Source of the DNA: an uncultured Clostridia bacterium
GTDB taxonomy: Bacteria > Bacillota > Clostridia > Christensenellales > UBA1242
Direction of reading: 5' to 3'
Assembly (NCBI GenBank): GCA_944372365.1
Contig: CALVYP010000001.1
Coordinates: 85,279-149,278, forward strand
Length of the DNA: 64,000 nt
Each line of letters starts with the position of its first letter. The stretch's first letter is position 1. The notes under the pieces were generated by a model. It was not told the origin of the DNA. It made no database searches and was given only the letters and a program-made list of their open reading frames with translations. The position numbers and the translations under genes were made by a program. Below are positions 48,101 to 55,998 of this stretch, piece after piece.

Positions 48101-50945
48101 AATTGCGCTCACATTGTCGAACCGCTTCACAGGCAACTTTGCAGCGGTAAACCTTACCCTGCTTGATGGCGTTCAGCTTAACACAACGCTTTCATCTTCA
48201 CAGGTTGAAGAGTTTGTGAATGTTTCATATTCAAACGCAGTGTTCCCTGTTGAAATTGAAATTTCAAACAACAATTCGCTTGTCTTCGCTGACTCAAATA
48301 ATCCAAACAGCTTAGATAACCTTACAAATGCAAGCTATGTTTATTCAGCCGGCTGGCAAAGCGCGAACGACATTATTGTAACGCTTCAAGATATGTATTC
48401 TCGCTTTAACTTTGCATTCAGCACATTGCCTGCAAGCGACAGCAAAATTAGATACGCCATCACCGACAACTTTGGCAACACAACAATTTTAGTGCATATC
48501 TTTGGGCAATCTGCAATTCAAGAAATCACAAGCGAAGCAAACAGATATGAAGTGCAAATCAACGATCAAACAACTGACGGCAAACTTGTAACCTACAACA
48601 TCAGCCCTGTTTCGTTAAACTATAACTTCAACTCACAGCTTCACTACGTTAAAGTTTTAACATGGGATGGTTTTAGCTGGCGCGACGCACTTATCAAAAC
48701 CGACTATAATTCATCTCAATCAGGATCGCTGGTTTCATATAAGTTTGAAAACCTTGCAGGTGGCGATCTTGCAAACTTAAAATTTAAACTTAGAGTTTAT
48801 GAAGTTTCAGAAGATCAAGAGCTTGCAAGCGACGATGAATCGCTGTGGGTAAAAGATGTATATCTGCAAATTTATCAAATGCTTCCACACCTTCTTGATG
48901 CAGAAGAAGAAGCAAGCAACTTTGTTTCAAGCTTGCGTTTCACCGACAACTACGGCGAAAATGTGACTAATGAAATTTTAACCGATCTCACTTCCTATCG
49001 TGTTAACATTGGTGGAACAACCTACACCGTGACAAAATCTGGTCAAACCTTTGCAAGCAGGCTGACACTCACCTATTCAAACTCAGCAAACTTTGACTTC
49101 CCATTCACTGTGCAGGTTTACAAAGAAGATGGCTCGATGGGTTCAAACTTTGTTGAAATTCCATCCGGCAGCAATCTTTCACAAAGCGGCATTTACTACT
49201 TCCTTGTAAAATATACTGACTCGCTCACCAACGAATACAATCTCTATCGCATTGAAATTTTGGATTCTTCAACCGAATTCTATCGCGTAACAAACAACGG
49301 CAGAGTGGTTGAAAAAGCATCCACCTACTATAAAGATTCTTCGGGCATGGAGCATTCAGAATATTACATAGTAAATGTTAACTACAACACTTCGTCATCA
49401 CTTGTGGAAATTGTGCCAAATGATTATCAAAACATCACAGTTACACAAATTGGCAGCCCAATTTCAGAAGGCAACAATGTTATAACCGTTGCATATCGTG
49501 TAACCAACTATGTTGACAACACGCGCCCAAGCGGCGGAGTATCACCTTTTGACAGAACGGTGTTTATCACTTACATTCCACCAACATCCTCACCTGTCAC
49601 AGAGGCTTACTTCACATATAATTCTGCCGAACAAACCGACATGCTTTCACAAAGCTCAATTGTATCGGCAATCAGCATTGAAAATGTTGATTCTGGCGCA
49701 CTTACAATTTACTTCTCGCAATCATACGGCCTTGCAAGCAACTTGATTAACATTTCAGTGCTTAAAGACGGCGTTGCTTACTATCCACAAGTGCAAACAA
49801 CATCATCAAACGGCAGAACACTTTCATATGTTCAACTTGATCGCTCTGGCACTTACTCAATTTCATTCACTGACACAGCTGGAAACCAACAGGTGTTTGC
49901 TTCTGGCACAAGCATGGCATCAACTTCTCTTTCACTGCTGTTCCTTAAAGATGTGTCATTCTCAATGACATTCACCGATGCCAACGGCATGCAACAAACA
50001 ACCGATCCTATTCAAAAAGGTGTGTTTAACAGGCAGGTTAGCCTTAACCTGATAAACCCTAACGCTTACTACACCGCACAATCAATAGGAAGCGGAGCAA
50101 ACATGATTACTGCAACAAAAAATGGTGAGCCTTACAGCAACTTCACCTACGACGCACAAACATCATCATTTACATTCGCAGAACCTGGATATTACAGCGT
50201 ATACTTCTCAGCAACCGCATCAAATGGAATTGAACTTAGGCATGAGATTTACAACTTCACCATAGTAAACCCAAGCGAATCAAGATACTCACTTGAATTC
50301 TCGCCATATGAAGATTACTACATCAAATCTATTGTAAAAGATGATTTGGGCGACATAACAAAAACCGCTGACGGCAAAGTGCCTCAACAGTTTAAAGATA
50401 ATTTCCAAACCATAGTTGTTGATGGGCAGGAATATCTTAAAAATGTGGTGGCTTCATTCCAAGATTCATTCACTGGCGAAGGTTACTACACAATCACAAT
50501 TGCAACCAATCAAACATTAAATCGTGATGACTACACCACGCCAACAGAATTTTCATTCAGTTTCTGGATCAACACAAGCGATGTTCCAATCGATGTTTCA
50601 GTTATTGAAGGAGAATCATCATCAAACGACATAACCGTGTCATTTAACTCTGAAAGAGTGTTTGAGGCAGTTGGTGAATGCACAATCTATGTTGCAAACA
50701 ACGCCTTCCACATCAGCGCCGACAACCTTGCACAACTTGGCACAGTTACTGTAACAATCTCAAGCGCAGGCACTTACTTTATAACAGTAAGGTCGATGAG
50801 CGGAAACTTGCTTTACAGCTATAAAGTGGTTAAAACCGAACCGCTAAACGGCTGGGCAATCGCGGCAATAGTTATCGGCGGAGTTGTTGCAATCGCTGTT
50901 GTGATTATAATCATCAAAACTCGAAAGAGAATTAAGGTTAAATAA
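42162..50945 (+). CDS. giant (2927 aa) secreted surface protein with a C-terminal TM tail anchor
   Basis: AGAGGTG SD. Signal peptide MNKIKKVLSGFVLGAAATTMIVAGSLFAQQ. N/T/S/Y-rich throughout. The C-terminus GWAIAAIVIGGVVAIAVVIIIIKTRKRIKVK is a TM helix plus a basic tail. No LPXTG motif. Confidence 0.85.
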   Translation: MNKIKKVLSGFVLGAAATTMIVAGSLFAQQEKTQTYNAAVTEQQIVNTLPAFVDQSGLQNDYYFTEEVPIKFNVAVEGSSSADYIFKYYPDGTATDEAKNHFYYFDIASVSIYIDNVRLNIAAENAEKLILKSAGTVSINQQGGDQAGQSNISPEIVCFKIVYDSSATEPGVVEGSVKYDNNSYTITPAELRINQTGLLRVDVQYDLYDTTNIKGAGAGNDMQVSNIHTSQSFSYSCFFLNASDYFESTLDKDSPKLTYPGFTRTPSESAIYRYNYFYNYGTNYLPYISFDPSKVRLEVTRYYNNQTQNAVLQYNPEANTISQPDFVYQTMIMPDGSARVYFNDVGQYNFNFEFIYIVENQTDYQIYTVDYLLPDQKAYLFGAQLNFTNYQTNEYNEFKQIANKTTDSDEIEYNQILQNADVTYLYGESTGSEAFRESFLAKGANANVTPVATDQTPLRFTTNLSQLTSEEATLQVWRLGTDDWKAYDKISDITSTINESGTYFIELTYDFASHTNTSGAIDSTNGNNHFKQYFYFKIDKTAPLFTMQARGDYNEKNQTYDWKQLLSKEYTNTEEVKLTYAGFSNIFHSAVRFEYERYDFINDGFTSGTIQFNENGEYIFDQEGNYTIKVYYGKQGTAQDPSISSFTIDRQQIQDLAAYAVSTSGANNDYHISNPLNQFSTNQNFVFSWQVTKPSGAKTYGKYKYFALDYTDYYASVASDSLSLLLGSLLRNGILATDAVLNMGNAESNSWIDYSNASALIQNNNIVPASYVKSNAGLYIFQIYDQAGNSEIYAILLDNSQPYFVLETDEGYALISANHTVTSDAVLHWADNKAIQVNGFVNGDFNEKVYYNKDGKMDDEIVSALQQLKDSIKTFAASSTSDSIGYGKDGSYYLCEIDDTFLFKHKDTETYTLETGNSMNIQFSYTVHYTLVNGLYTFYYSTTNDSNYIDAATGEIVEALIFNDVPQINGNELHDANIYLYQANGQRAFYYGVPGSLNLFSTTGEAVTATEGENGLMLNGVALQATNFVDMEGTYVFLIRDASNTEGSNLSEDQKFMQYASNYQYLRVTGDQSLTQIYYKETNGQGEENLVTLTDASYANISVVNTDQNWMARSSYYNPTSIEQTLYLSFRPTIEHDDNTKTQVDQIVLSYYPYQNQIKTYYTSTGQVRYVFYKTLASTPEFTQVVYDFDENGANTQTIEEPIHITSNMTSEGRYIVTRTYVMEEGYTVDVFDYYQRNITATVDRYGVLTLPETISYSAEVKSYSLDNNQKNVTATLYENLLVLSTPQNGSLRPFDGITLKYKATEDGEELDTDNITTEDIYTNDTALRFYQFDQIYSYELYYAGNKVDASGTDVVVDDSLESIVGGDMMINMYDGIVENSGIISVAFPYYEADSILPSGDSFYTENITNWTENDNVNPTLITNKLPVKVYIPQYKYTIQNTESEVEASQDGFSKAYSNVANDYLIRFNQNDEYSVVSYYQLVASISYTSSDGKTHTFTSTTGTDGYLAFVDETGLPVEHFTQPGTYYVTITQGYNSDSNSSNNFRKNYKFAFTIQNNKPEFTITQSGAPLSTLDDEESVEVPNYYTNSKTITYSWEDLNNQYIANIDKKNIAITYYASILSTAIENVIQIDNGILSLQKENPLLLNALSYTSTTDSRGVTTNYLTIDLQALGIYQNNAGVRLTMQFEGHNDDYYKTTTKLVTVDKQASYQTVNSLIEKLQGLSSAGLTLNDSSLRTYLDVEYKQVSSAYDAAYNITTNATAGQFRNYSYLVDAAFFDELKDMANQNANQDNASNYNGGTIRAYFREIDDPYNSTYEESYSDFAAASYIDMSSSDANSYLEQNKYYQIVEEDLAGNLTFYIVYYFSVDDGTGYQPDDQYDEEGMPITIYQGITFTDHDTVKYASDAQIATGKLNLYSSTNFTLDNLNYQGDGWLIITINGETFMTSPWLDAGNVYKVSQGQIQTVSFASIFQQFASSSTPIALTLSNRFTGNFAAVNLTLLDGVQLNTTLSSSQVEEFVNVSYSNAVFPVEIEISNNNSLVFADSNNPNSLDNLTNASYVYSAGWQSANDIIVTLQDMYSRFNFAFSTLPASDSKIRYAITDNFGNTTILVHIFGQSAIQEITSEANRYEVQINDQTTDGKLVTYNISPVSLNYNFNSQLHYVKVLTWDGFSWRDALIKTDYNSSQSGSLVSYKFENLAGGDLANLKFKLRVYEVSEDQELASDDESLWVKDVYLQIYQMLPHLLDAEEEASNFVSSLRFTDNYGENVTNEILTDLTSYRVNIGGTTYTVTKSGQTFASRLTLTYSNSANFDFPFTVQVYKEDGSMGSNFVEIPSGSNLSQSGIYYFLVKYTDSLTNEYNLYRIEILDSSTEFYRVTNNGRVVEKASTYYKDSSGMEHSEYYIVNVNYNTSSSLVEIVPNDYQNITVTQIGSPISEGNNVITVAYRVTNYVDNTRPSGGVSPFDRTVFITYIPPTSSPVTEAYFTYNSAEQTDMLSQSSIVSAISIENVDSGALTIYFSQSYGLASNLINISVLKDGVAYYPQVQTTSSNGRTLSYVQLDRSGTYSISFTDTAGNQQVFASGTSMASTSLSLLFLKDVSFSMTFTDANGMQQTTDPIQKGVFNRQVSLNLINPNAYYTAQSIGSGANMITATKNGEPYSNFTYDAQTSSFTFAEPGYYSVYFSATASNGIELRHEIYNFTIVNPSESRYSLEFSPYEDYYIKSIVKDDLGDITKTADGKVPQQFKDNFQTIVVDGQEYLKNVVASFQDSFTGEGYYTITIATNQTLNRDDYTTPTEFSFSFWINTSDVPIDVSVIEGESSSNDITVSFNSERVFEAVGECTIYVANNAFHISADNLAQLGTVTVTISSAGTYFITVRSMSGNLLYSYKVVKTEPLNGWAIAAIVIGGVVAIAVVIIIIKTRKRIKVK

Positions 50946-50955
50946 AAATAAAAAA

Positions 50956-50988
50956 ACACTTAAACAAACATGTTTAAGTGTTTTTTTT
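50956..50988 (+). terminator. rho-independent terminator of the giant gene
   Basis: 11-bp stem ACACTTAAACA/TGTTTAAGTGT followed by T8. Confidence 0.85.
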
Positions 50989-51055
50989 GGAGCATTTTAT
51001 TCCAAAATTTATTTATATTTTTTTTGTTTTCACCTTCGTTTAATTTTTAAAAATA

Positions 51056-51126
51056 TGTGGATAAGTGGCGTAAGTTATTATACACATCGCATGGTTAACA
51101 AATTTTTTTCATAATATTGTGGACAA
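51056..51126. promoter_or_regulatory. second DnaA-box cluster
   Basis: TGTGGATAA at 51056..51064 (perfect). TTATACACA at 51078..51086 (fits TTATNCACA, opposite orientation). TGTGGACAA at 51118..51126 (one mismatch). Confidence 0.5.
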
Positions 51127-51130
51127 AATT

Positions 51131-51159
51131 AAAAAAACACCGACTTTTCGGTGTTTTTT
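51131..51159. terminator. bidirectional terminator (ends the rplKA operon)
   Basis: ACACCGA-cttt-TCGGTGT flanked by A7 and T5. Confidence 0.8.
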
Positions 51160-51169
51160 AATAGTTTTA

Positions 51170-51853
51170 TTATCCCAAAGTTACAACTTTCACGCCTGGG
51201 CCCATTGATGAGCAAATTGAAATATTTTTGAAATATTGTCCTTTTGCTGCTGCTGGTTTTGCCTTTTGAAGCGCTTCGATAACTGTTGTGTAGTTATCCA
51301 TAAGTTTATCTTTGCCAAAGCTTACTTTGCCCAAAATTACGTGAACATTGTTTGTTTTGTCAAGCCTATATTCAACTTTTCCGGCTTTAACATCATTGAT
51401 TGCTTTTTTAACATCCATTGTAACAGTGCCGCTTTTTGGGTTTGGCATCAAGCCCTTAGGGCCAAGCACTCTTGCAACTCTGCCCACAACACCCATCATG
51501 TCAGGAGTGGTGATGCACACATCAAAATCAAGCCATCCGCCTTGAATCTTTGCAACCATCTCTTCTGCGCCAACATAGTCTGCGCCCGCTTTAACAGCAT
51601 CGTCTGCCTTGTCGCCTTTTGCAATTACAAGCACTTTAACGCTTTTGCCTGTTCCATGAGGAAGAACAACAACGCCACGCACTTGCTGATCTGCGTTTCT
51701 TCCGTCAACGCCAAGTCTTACATGAAGTTCAACTGTTTCATCAAACTTTGCCTTTGCAGTTTCAAGCATTTTATCGAAAGCTTCGCTTACAGAATAAGCC
51801 TGAGTTTTATCATAACTGGAAAGGGCTGCTTGCATTCTTTTGCCTTTTTTCAT
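51170..51853 (-). CDS. rplA: 50S ribosomal protein L1
   Basis: Typical L1 sequence ([26 protein letters not shown]) in the expected operon context. Confidence 0.95.
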   Translation of the reverse strand: MKKGKRMQAALSSYDKTQAYSVSEAFDKMLETAKAKFDETVELHVRLGVDGRNADQQVRGVVVLPHGTGKSVKVLVIAKGDKADDAVKAGADYVGAEEMVAKIQGGWLDFDVCITTPDMMGVVGRVARVLGPKGLMPNPKSGTVTMDVKKAINDVKAGKVEYRLDKTNNVHVILGKVSFGKDKLMDNYTTVIEALQKAKPAAAKGQYFKNISICSSMGPGVKVVTLG

Positions 51854-51864
51854 ACTTTTCCTCC

Positions 51865-52293
51865 TTACTCAGTTACGGTAACGCCCATGCTGCGAGCTGC
51901 ACCTTCAATCATGCTCATTGCTGCTTCAATGCTGCCTGCGTTGAGATCTGGCATTTTAAGTTCTGCAATCTCTCTGATTTGAGCTTTGGTGATTGATCCG
52001 ACTTTTGTTTTGTTTGGTTTTGCCGAGCCTTTATCCAAGCCGATAGCCTTTTTAATTAAAACGGCTGCTGGTGGAGTTTTAAGCACAAAGCTAAATGACC
52101 TGTCTTGGTAGATTGTGATTACCACAGGTATGATAAGCCCTGCCTGAGATGCAGTCTTATCGTTGAATTCTTTGGTAAATGCCGCGATGTTGATTCCATG
52201 TGGGCCAAGTGATGAGCCTACTGGAGGTCCTGGTGTGGCTTTACCTGCTGGGAGTTGAAGTTTAACAACTGCCCCAATCTTTTTTACTGCCAT
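51865..52293 (-). CDS. rplK: 50S ribosomal protein L11
   Basis: [39 protein letters not shown] is typical of L11. Confidence 0.95.
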   Translation of the reverse strand: MAVKKIGAVVKLQLPAGKATPGPPVGSSLGPHGINIAAFTKEFNDKTASQAGLIIPVVITIYQDRSFSFVLKTPPAAVLIKKAIGLDKGSAKPNKTKVGSITKAQIREIAELKMPDLNAGSIEAAMSMIEGAARSMGVTVTE

Positions 52294-52400
52294 TTTATCC
52301 TCCTTATTGTGGTGAAATTTGAGTGGTGCAGTTCCACTCTCCCACGATTTTGCCGAGTTTTAAACCCGTATATTAAGCAATTTCTTGCAAAATACCATTT

Positions 52401-52982
52401 TTATGCATCTATTCTACGCATCTGCGTGTAGTCAAGTTCCACAGGCGCTTCTCTGCCAAACATCTCAACAATAACTGTTGCGATGCTGGTTTCAGGATTC
52501 ACAGATTGAACTGTGCCGATTGTGCCTTCAAGCGGGCCGTCGATGACTTCAACTTTGTCGCCAACTTTTAAGTCAACTTCAACCTTAATTTTTTCAAGTT
52601 TGTTTTTGCGAACCTCTTCATCGGTAAGCGCAAGTGGTCTGCCGTTTGGCCCAACAAAACCTGTGATTCCCCTTGTTCTGGTAACGTTGTGCCACAAGTC
52701 GTCGCCATAAATCATTTTCACGAATATATAGCATGGCATGCTTTTTCTTTCAACAAGCTTTTTCTTGCCATTTTTTTCTTCAACCACGCTTTCCATAGGA
52801 ATGATGATATCGAAAATTCTGTCTTGCAAGCCAAATTTTGAAACAACCGTTTCCAAATTTTCTTTTGCCACATTTTCATATCCCGAAAAGGTGTGAAGCG
52901 CATACCATTTTGCTTCGTTTGACGGAACAGCGTCATGAGTGATTTGCTGTGATTGTTGATTGATTTTTTCTTTTTCTTCCAT
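52401..52982 (-). CDS. nusG: transcription termination/antitermination factor NusG
   Basis: KWYALHTFSGYENVAK (NGN domain) and GDKVEVIDGPLEGTIGTV (KOW domain). GGGGGAG SD. Confidence 0.95.
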   Translation of the reverse strand: MEEKEKINQQSQQITHDAVPSNEAKWYALHTFSGYENVAKENLETVVSKFGLQDRIFDIIIPMESVVEEKNGKKKLVERKSMPCYIFVKMIYGDDLWHNVTRTRGITGFVGPNGRPLALTDEEVRKNKLEKIKVEVDLKVGDKVEVIDGPLEGTIGTVQSVNPETSIATVIVEMFGREAPVELDYTQMRRIDA

Positions 52983-52992
52983 GTTCTCCCCC

Positions 52993-53367
52993 TTAGGTTA
53001 AAAGCCCAAACAAATAATAAAGCGCAACATCCAAACCAAAAAGCACAACACCAAAGATCACCACAACCGAAAGCACTATGCCGGTTTTCTTGCAAACTTC
53101 ACCAAAACTTGGCCAAGAAACTTTTTTAAGTTCGCTGGTGGTTTCACGCACTTTTTTTCTAAACTTTTTTTCCTTTGGTTTTTTCTCTTTTTTGCCTTTT
53201 ACATCTTTTTTATCGGCTTTTAATTGCTTTTTGTCTTGCTTAACCTGTTTGGTTTGCTCTTCAACCACAACAGACTCTGCGCCGTTATCTTCAACAACGG
53301 CTGCGTTTTCTTCTTCGGTTTGAGAAACTAAAACTTGCTTTTGTAAGTTTTTATTTTTCTTAGACAT
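52993..53367 (-). CDS. secE: preprotein translocase subunit SecE with a ~65-aa Lys-rich N-terminal extension
   Basis: C-terminal ETTSELKKVSWPSFGEVCKKTGIVLSVVVIFGVVLFGLD is the SecE core. Position between rpmG and nusG. Confidence 0.9.
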   Translation of the reverse strand: MSKKNKNLQKQVLVSQTEEENAAVVEDNGAESVVVEEQTKQVKQDKKQLKADKKDVKGKKEKKPKEKKFRKKVRETTSELKKVSWPSFGEVCKKTGIVLSVVVIFGVVLFGLDVALYYLFGLLT

Positions 53368-53381
53368 TTCTCCCCCTTGAA

Positions 53382-53543
53382 TTATTTGGTTTCTTTATGA
53401 ACAGTTCTTTTGCCACATCTTGGGCAGAATTTTTTGATTTCAATTCTTTCTGGATTTGCAGTGCTGTTTTTAGATGTAGCATAATTTCTTTCTTGACATT
53501 CTGTGCAAGCAAGAGTTATGTTTTTGCGTTTTGGTGCTGCCAT
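53382..53543 (-). CDS. rpmG: 50S ribosomal protein L33 (53 aa)
   Basis: Not in the ORF track. Minus-strand translation is [61 protein letters not shown]. Confidence 0.9.
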   Translation of the reverse strand: MAAPKRKNITLACTECQERNYATSKNSTANPERIEIKKFCPRCGKRTVHKETK

Positions 53544-53594
53544 AATTTTATCTCCTAACAAAAAACTAACACCCCGATTTGGAAGTGTTAGTGT

Positions 53595-53623
53595 ATTTTA
53601 ACAAATATAAAATTTTTTGTCAA
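53595..53623 (-). promoter_or_regulatory. promoter of the rpmG-secE-nusG operon
   Basis: On the minus strand: TTGACA (53618..53623), a 17-nt spacer, then TAAAAT (53595..53600). Confidence 0.6.
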
Positions 53624-53636
53624 GAGAAAAGCAAGC

Positions 53637-53930
53637 CTATTTTGAAGATTTTTTAAAGTTTTTAAGATCTACCGGCGTTATGATTGCGTCAATTAAAATT
53701 GGCGTTTGATTTTGGCTGCACTTTTTGCTGATTGATTCAAAATCTGATGGCAAGTTAAAATCAAGGTCATTTGTTGCGACATACAAAAAATAAACTCTCA
53801 ACAAATCTTTTGCAAACAAAAAGGCATCTTCAAAATTTTCGCCAGAGGTTGAGATGTCTAAGTCTGGAAAATAAACTTTTGTTTGATTGTCATCCTGATA
53901 AAAAATTGCTGGATATATAAACTGCTGCAT
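53637..53930 (-). CDS. HicB-like (UPF0150) antitoxin-fold protein
   Basis: MQQFIYPAIFYQDDNQTKVYFPDLDISTSGENFEDAFLFAKDLL parallels the HicB N-domain YPAxF..dg.y.v.fPDLpgc.t.G.t.eEA. ATG 53930 with a GGAGA SD. Confidence 0.55.
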   Translation of the reverse strand: MQQFIYPAIFYQDDNQTKVYFPDLDISTSGENFEDAFLFAKDLLRVYFLYVATNDLDFNLPSDFESISKKCSQNQTPILIDAIITPVDLKNFKKSSK

Positions 53931-54020
53931 AACATTCTCCATTATCATTTTATCATTATTTTTAACTTTTGCCAAACAAATTGCATAAAAAAACAGGCTT
54001 TCGCCTGCAATTTTGATAAA

Positions 54021-54158
54021 TTATAAACTTCTGCCGCCTATCTCTTTAACTTTTTTATTTTCAAAAGAAACATCTTTTGTTCTTAATGCTTTCAAATTTG
54101 CACAAACAGGATCGCAAACATATCCATAAACTGTTGTCCTATTTTTAATTACTGGCAT
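54021..54158 (-). CDS. hypothetical 45-aa protein
   Basis: Perfect AGGAGG SD 6 nt upstream of the ATG at 54158. Sequence MPVIKNRTTVYGYVCDPVCANLKALRTKDVSFENKKVKEIGGRSL. No family recognised; it is not HicA-like. Confidence 0.45.
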   Translation of the reverse strand: MPVIKNRTTVYGYVCDPVCANLKALRTKDVSFENKKVKEIGGRSL

Positions 54159-54264
54159 TTCAACCTCCTTACTAACAGCCTTAATATATCACAAAAATTT
54201 TAAAATGTAAATAGTTTTTTAAAAATTTTTTAATATATTTTTTCACCTTTATTTTAAAGCATTA

Positions 54265-55998
54265 TCACATTTTATCAGGCACTTCGATTGCCAAAATATC
54301 GCACGCTTCTTCGATAAATTTCAACACGATTTTAAGCAAAGTTAAATGCGCACTTTGAAGGCTTTTGTCTTGTTCTGACAAAATGTGGCAAGAATTGTAA
54401 AAACTTGAAAACGCACTTGCAAGATCATACAAACTTCCGCAAAGATCGTTTAGACTTTTGTTTTCAAAACATATGCGATAAGACGAGGCCAAACGGTTTA
54501 GCGAGATAAGCATTTCTTTATGCTGCGACGAGAAACTATAATTCTCTTCAAACTTTGGTGCTTTTGATAAAATTGATTTAATCCTGCATGCTGTGTATTG
54601 AATATACGGCCCTGTTTTGCCATCAAACGACAGCACTCTGTCAACATCAAAGTTATAGTCTTTTTCAACGCTGTTGGATAGGTCGGCAAACTTTAATGCG
54701 GCATTGCCAATCTTGCGTTTTAAATCATCATCATGCTCAGTGCCGTTTTCAACAAGTTTTTGTTCGGCTTTTTCGTAAAGCATATTCAAAAGGTCGCTTA
54801 ACTGCATATTGCCGCCGTCACGAGTTTTAAGCGCCTTGCCATCCTTGCCGTTTATCGTGCCAAAGCCTGTGTGCAACAAAAGTTGCTCTTGCGGCGAAAT
54901 GCCCGACTTTTTGCACGCCCTGAAAATTTGAATAAACCTTTGATTTTGCCTTGCATCGGTGAAATAATGAATGATGTCAGGATGATAGAACTTGTTTCTA
55001 TAATATATCGTTGCAATGTCGCTGGTTTCATATTTATCGCCGCCATTTGACTTTTTAAGCATCAGCGGCGGCATTGGATTTTCATATCTCTGCACTTCAT
55101 CAGGCGACTTTTTTGGAATTGGAATTTGTTCGCCTTCTTCGGCAACATCCACCACAAGCGCGCCTTCGCTTATGCGAGAAAGTTTTTTCTCTTCAAAAAT
55201 TTTCAATATGGTTGAAACATATTCGCTTGCATTGCTTTCGCCGTTCCATAAATCAAAATCCACATTCAAAAGCTTACAAACTTTTTTTATTTCTGCAACC
55301 GACACGTCACGCAGCCTTTTCCAAAAATCATAATAAGGTTGCTGCTTTTGCTGGAAAAATAGTGTGATCTGCTCTGCGCGCTGCTTAAACTTTTCATCTT
55401 GCGTTTTAAGTTGGCTCGCCTGCGGATATGCTGTGTTCATCACTTCGATGGTAAGCTGCTTTTTGCCAGAGTAATAATCGTCAAACACGCCTTGCTTTTC
55501 AAGCATAGCCATGATAAGCCCCATAGGCATGCCCCAATCACCGAGAAAAATGTCGCTTACAGTTTCAAAACCAAGTTTTCGGTAAAGCCTTTTAAAAGCT
55601 TCGCCAATGTTAAACGAACGCATATGCCCAATATGCATAGCCTTGCCAATGTTTGGCCCACCATAGTCTAAAAAGATTTTTTTGCCGTCTCCTAAATTGA
55701 ATTGTTGAGAAAGCAAAACCTGCGACATGTGCTTTAACCCTTGGTTTGTAAGGGTTATGTTTATAAACGCAGGACGCGCCACCGAAAATGTAAAAAACTG
55801 ATTTTGAGGGATTGCTTCAACAATTTGGCATGCTAAATCATATGGATTTTTGCCAAGTTTTTTGGCAACAGCAAAGCATGAGTTGCATTGAAAATCGCAT
55901 AAATTTGGCATCGCAGAAAAAGATACGCAAAAGTTTTCATCAATATTTTGCGTTTTTGCCGCTTCGCATAAAAGTTTTTGAATTTCATCCCTAATCAA
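54265..55998 (-). CDS. argS: arginine--tRNA ligase
   Basis: GPNIGKAMHIGHMRS (HIGH motif). 577 aa. C-terminal anticodon-binding region. Its start overlaps the recR stop by 4 nt. Confidence 0.9.
   Translation of the reverse strand: MIRDEIQKLLCEAAKTQNIDENFCVSFSAMPNLCDFQCNSCFAVAKKLGKNPYDLACQIVEAIPQNQFFTFSVARPAFINITLTNQGLKHMSQVLLSQQFNLGDGKKIFLDYGGPNIGKAMHIGHMRSFNIGEAFKRLYRKLGFETVSDIFLGDWGMPMGLIMAMLEKQGVFDDYYSGKKQLTIEVMNTAYPQASQLKTQDEKFKQRAEQITLFFQQKQQPYYDFWKRLRDVSVAEIKKVCKLLNVDFDLWNGESNASEYVSTILKIFEEKKLSRISEGALVVDVAEEGEQIPIPKKSPDEVQRYENPMPPLMLKKSNGGDKYETSDIATIYYRNKFYHPDIIHYFTDARQNQRFIQIFRACKKSGISPQEQLLLHTGFGTINGKDGKALKTRDGGNMQLSDLLNMLYEKAEQKLVENGTEHDDDLKRKIGNAALKFADLSNSVEKDYNFDVDRVLSFDGKTGPYIQYTACRIKSILSKAPKFEENYSFSSQHKEMLISLNRLASSYRICFENKSLNDLCGSLYDLASAFSSFYNSCHILSEQDKSLQSAHLTLLKIVLKFIEEACDILAIEVPDKM

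Noticed and set aside
52294-52400. An L1/L11 autoregulatory leader RNA upstream of rplK.
   Set aside because: The 107-nt spacer contains GGGAGAGTGGAACTGCACCACTC, which could mimic an L1-binding helix. I cannot verify the fold or its conservation without a covariance-model scan.
53544-53594. A terminator-like hairpin (CTAACAC..GTGTTAG plus T-run on the minus strand) in the rpmG leader as an attenuator.
   Set aside because: The predicted transcription start falls inside or at the 5' edge of the stem, so it may simply be a 5'-terminal stabilising hairpin. Evidence is insufficient for a regulatory call.
54021-54158. Annotating the 45-aa ORF as HicA toxin.
   Set aside because: It has no similarity to the HicA pattern (the ..GW...RQKGSH..F.. 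dsRBD-like fold), and it is shorter than typical HicA. It is left as a hypothetical protein.
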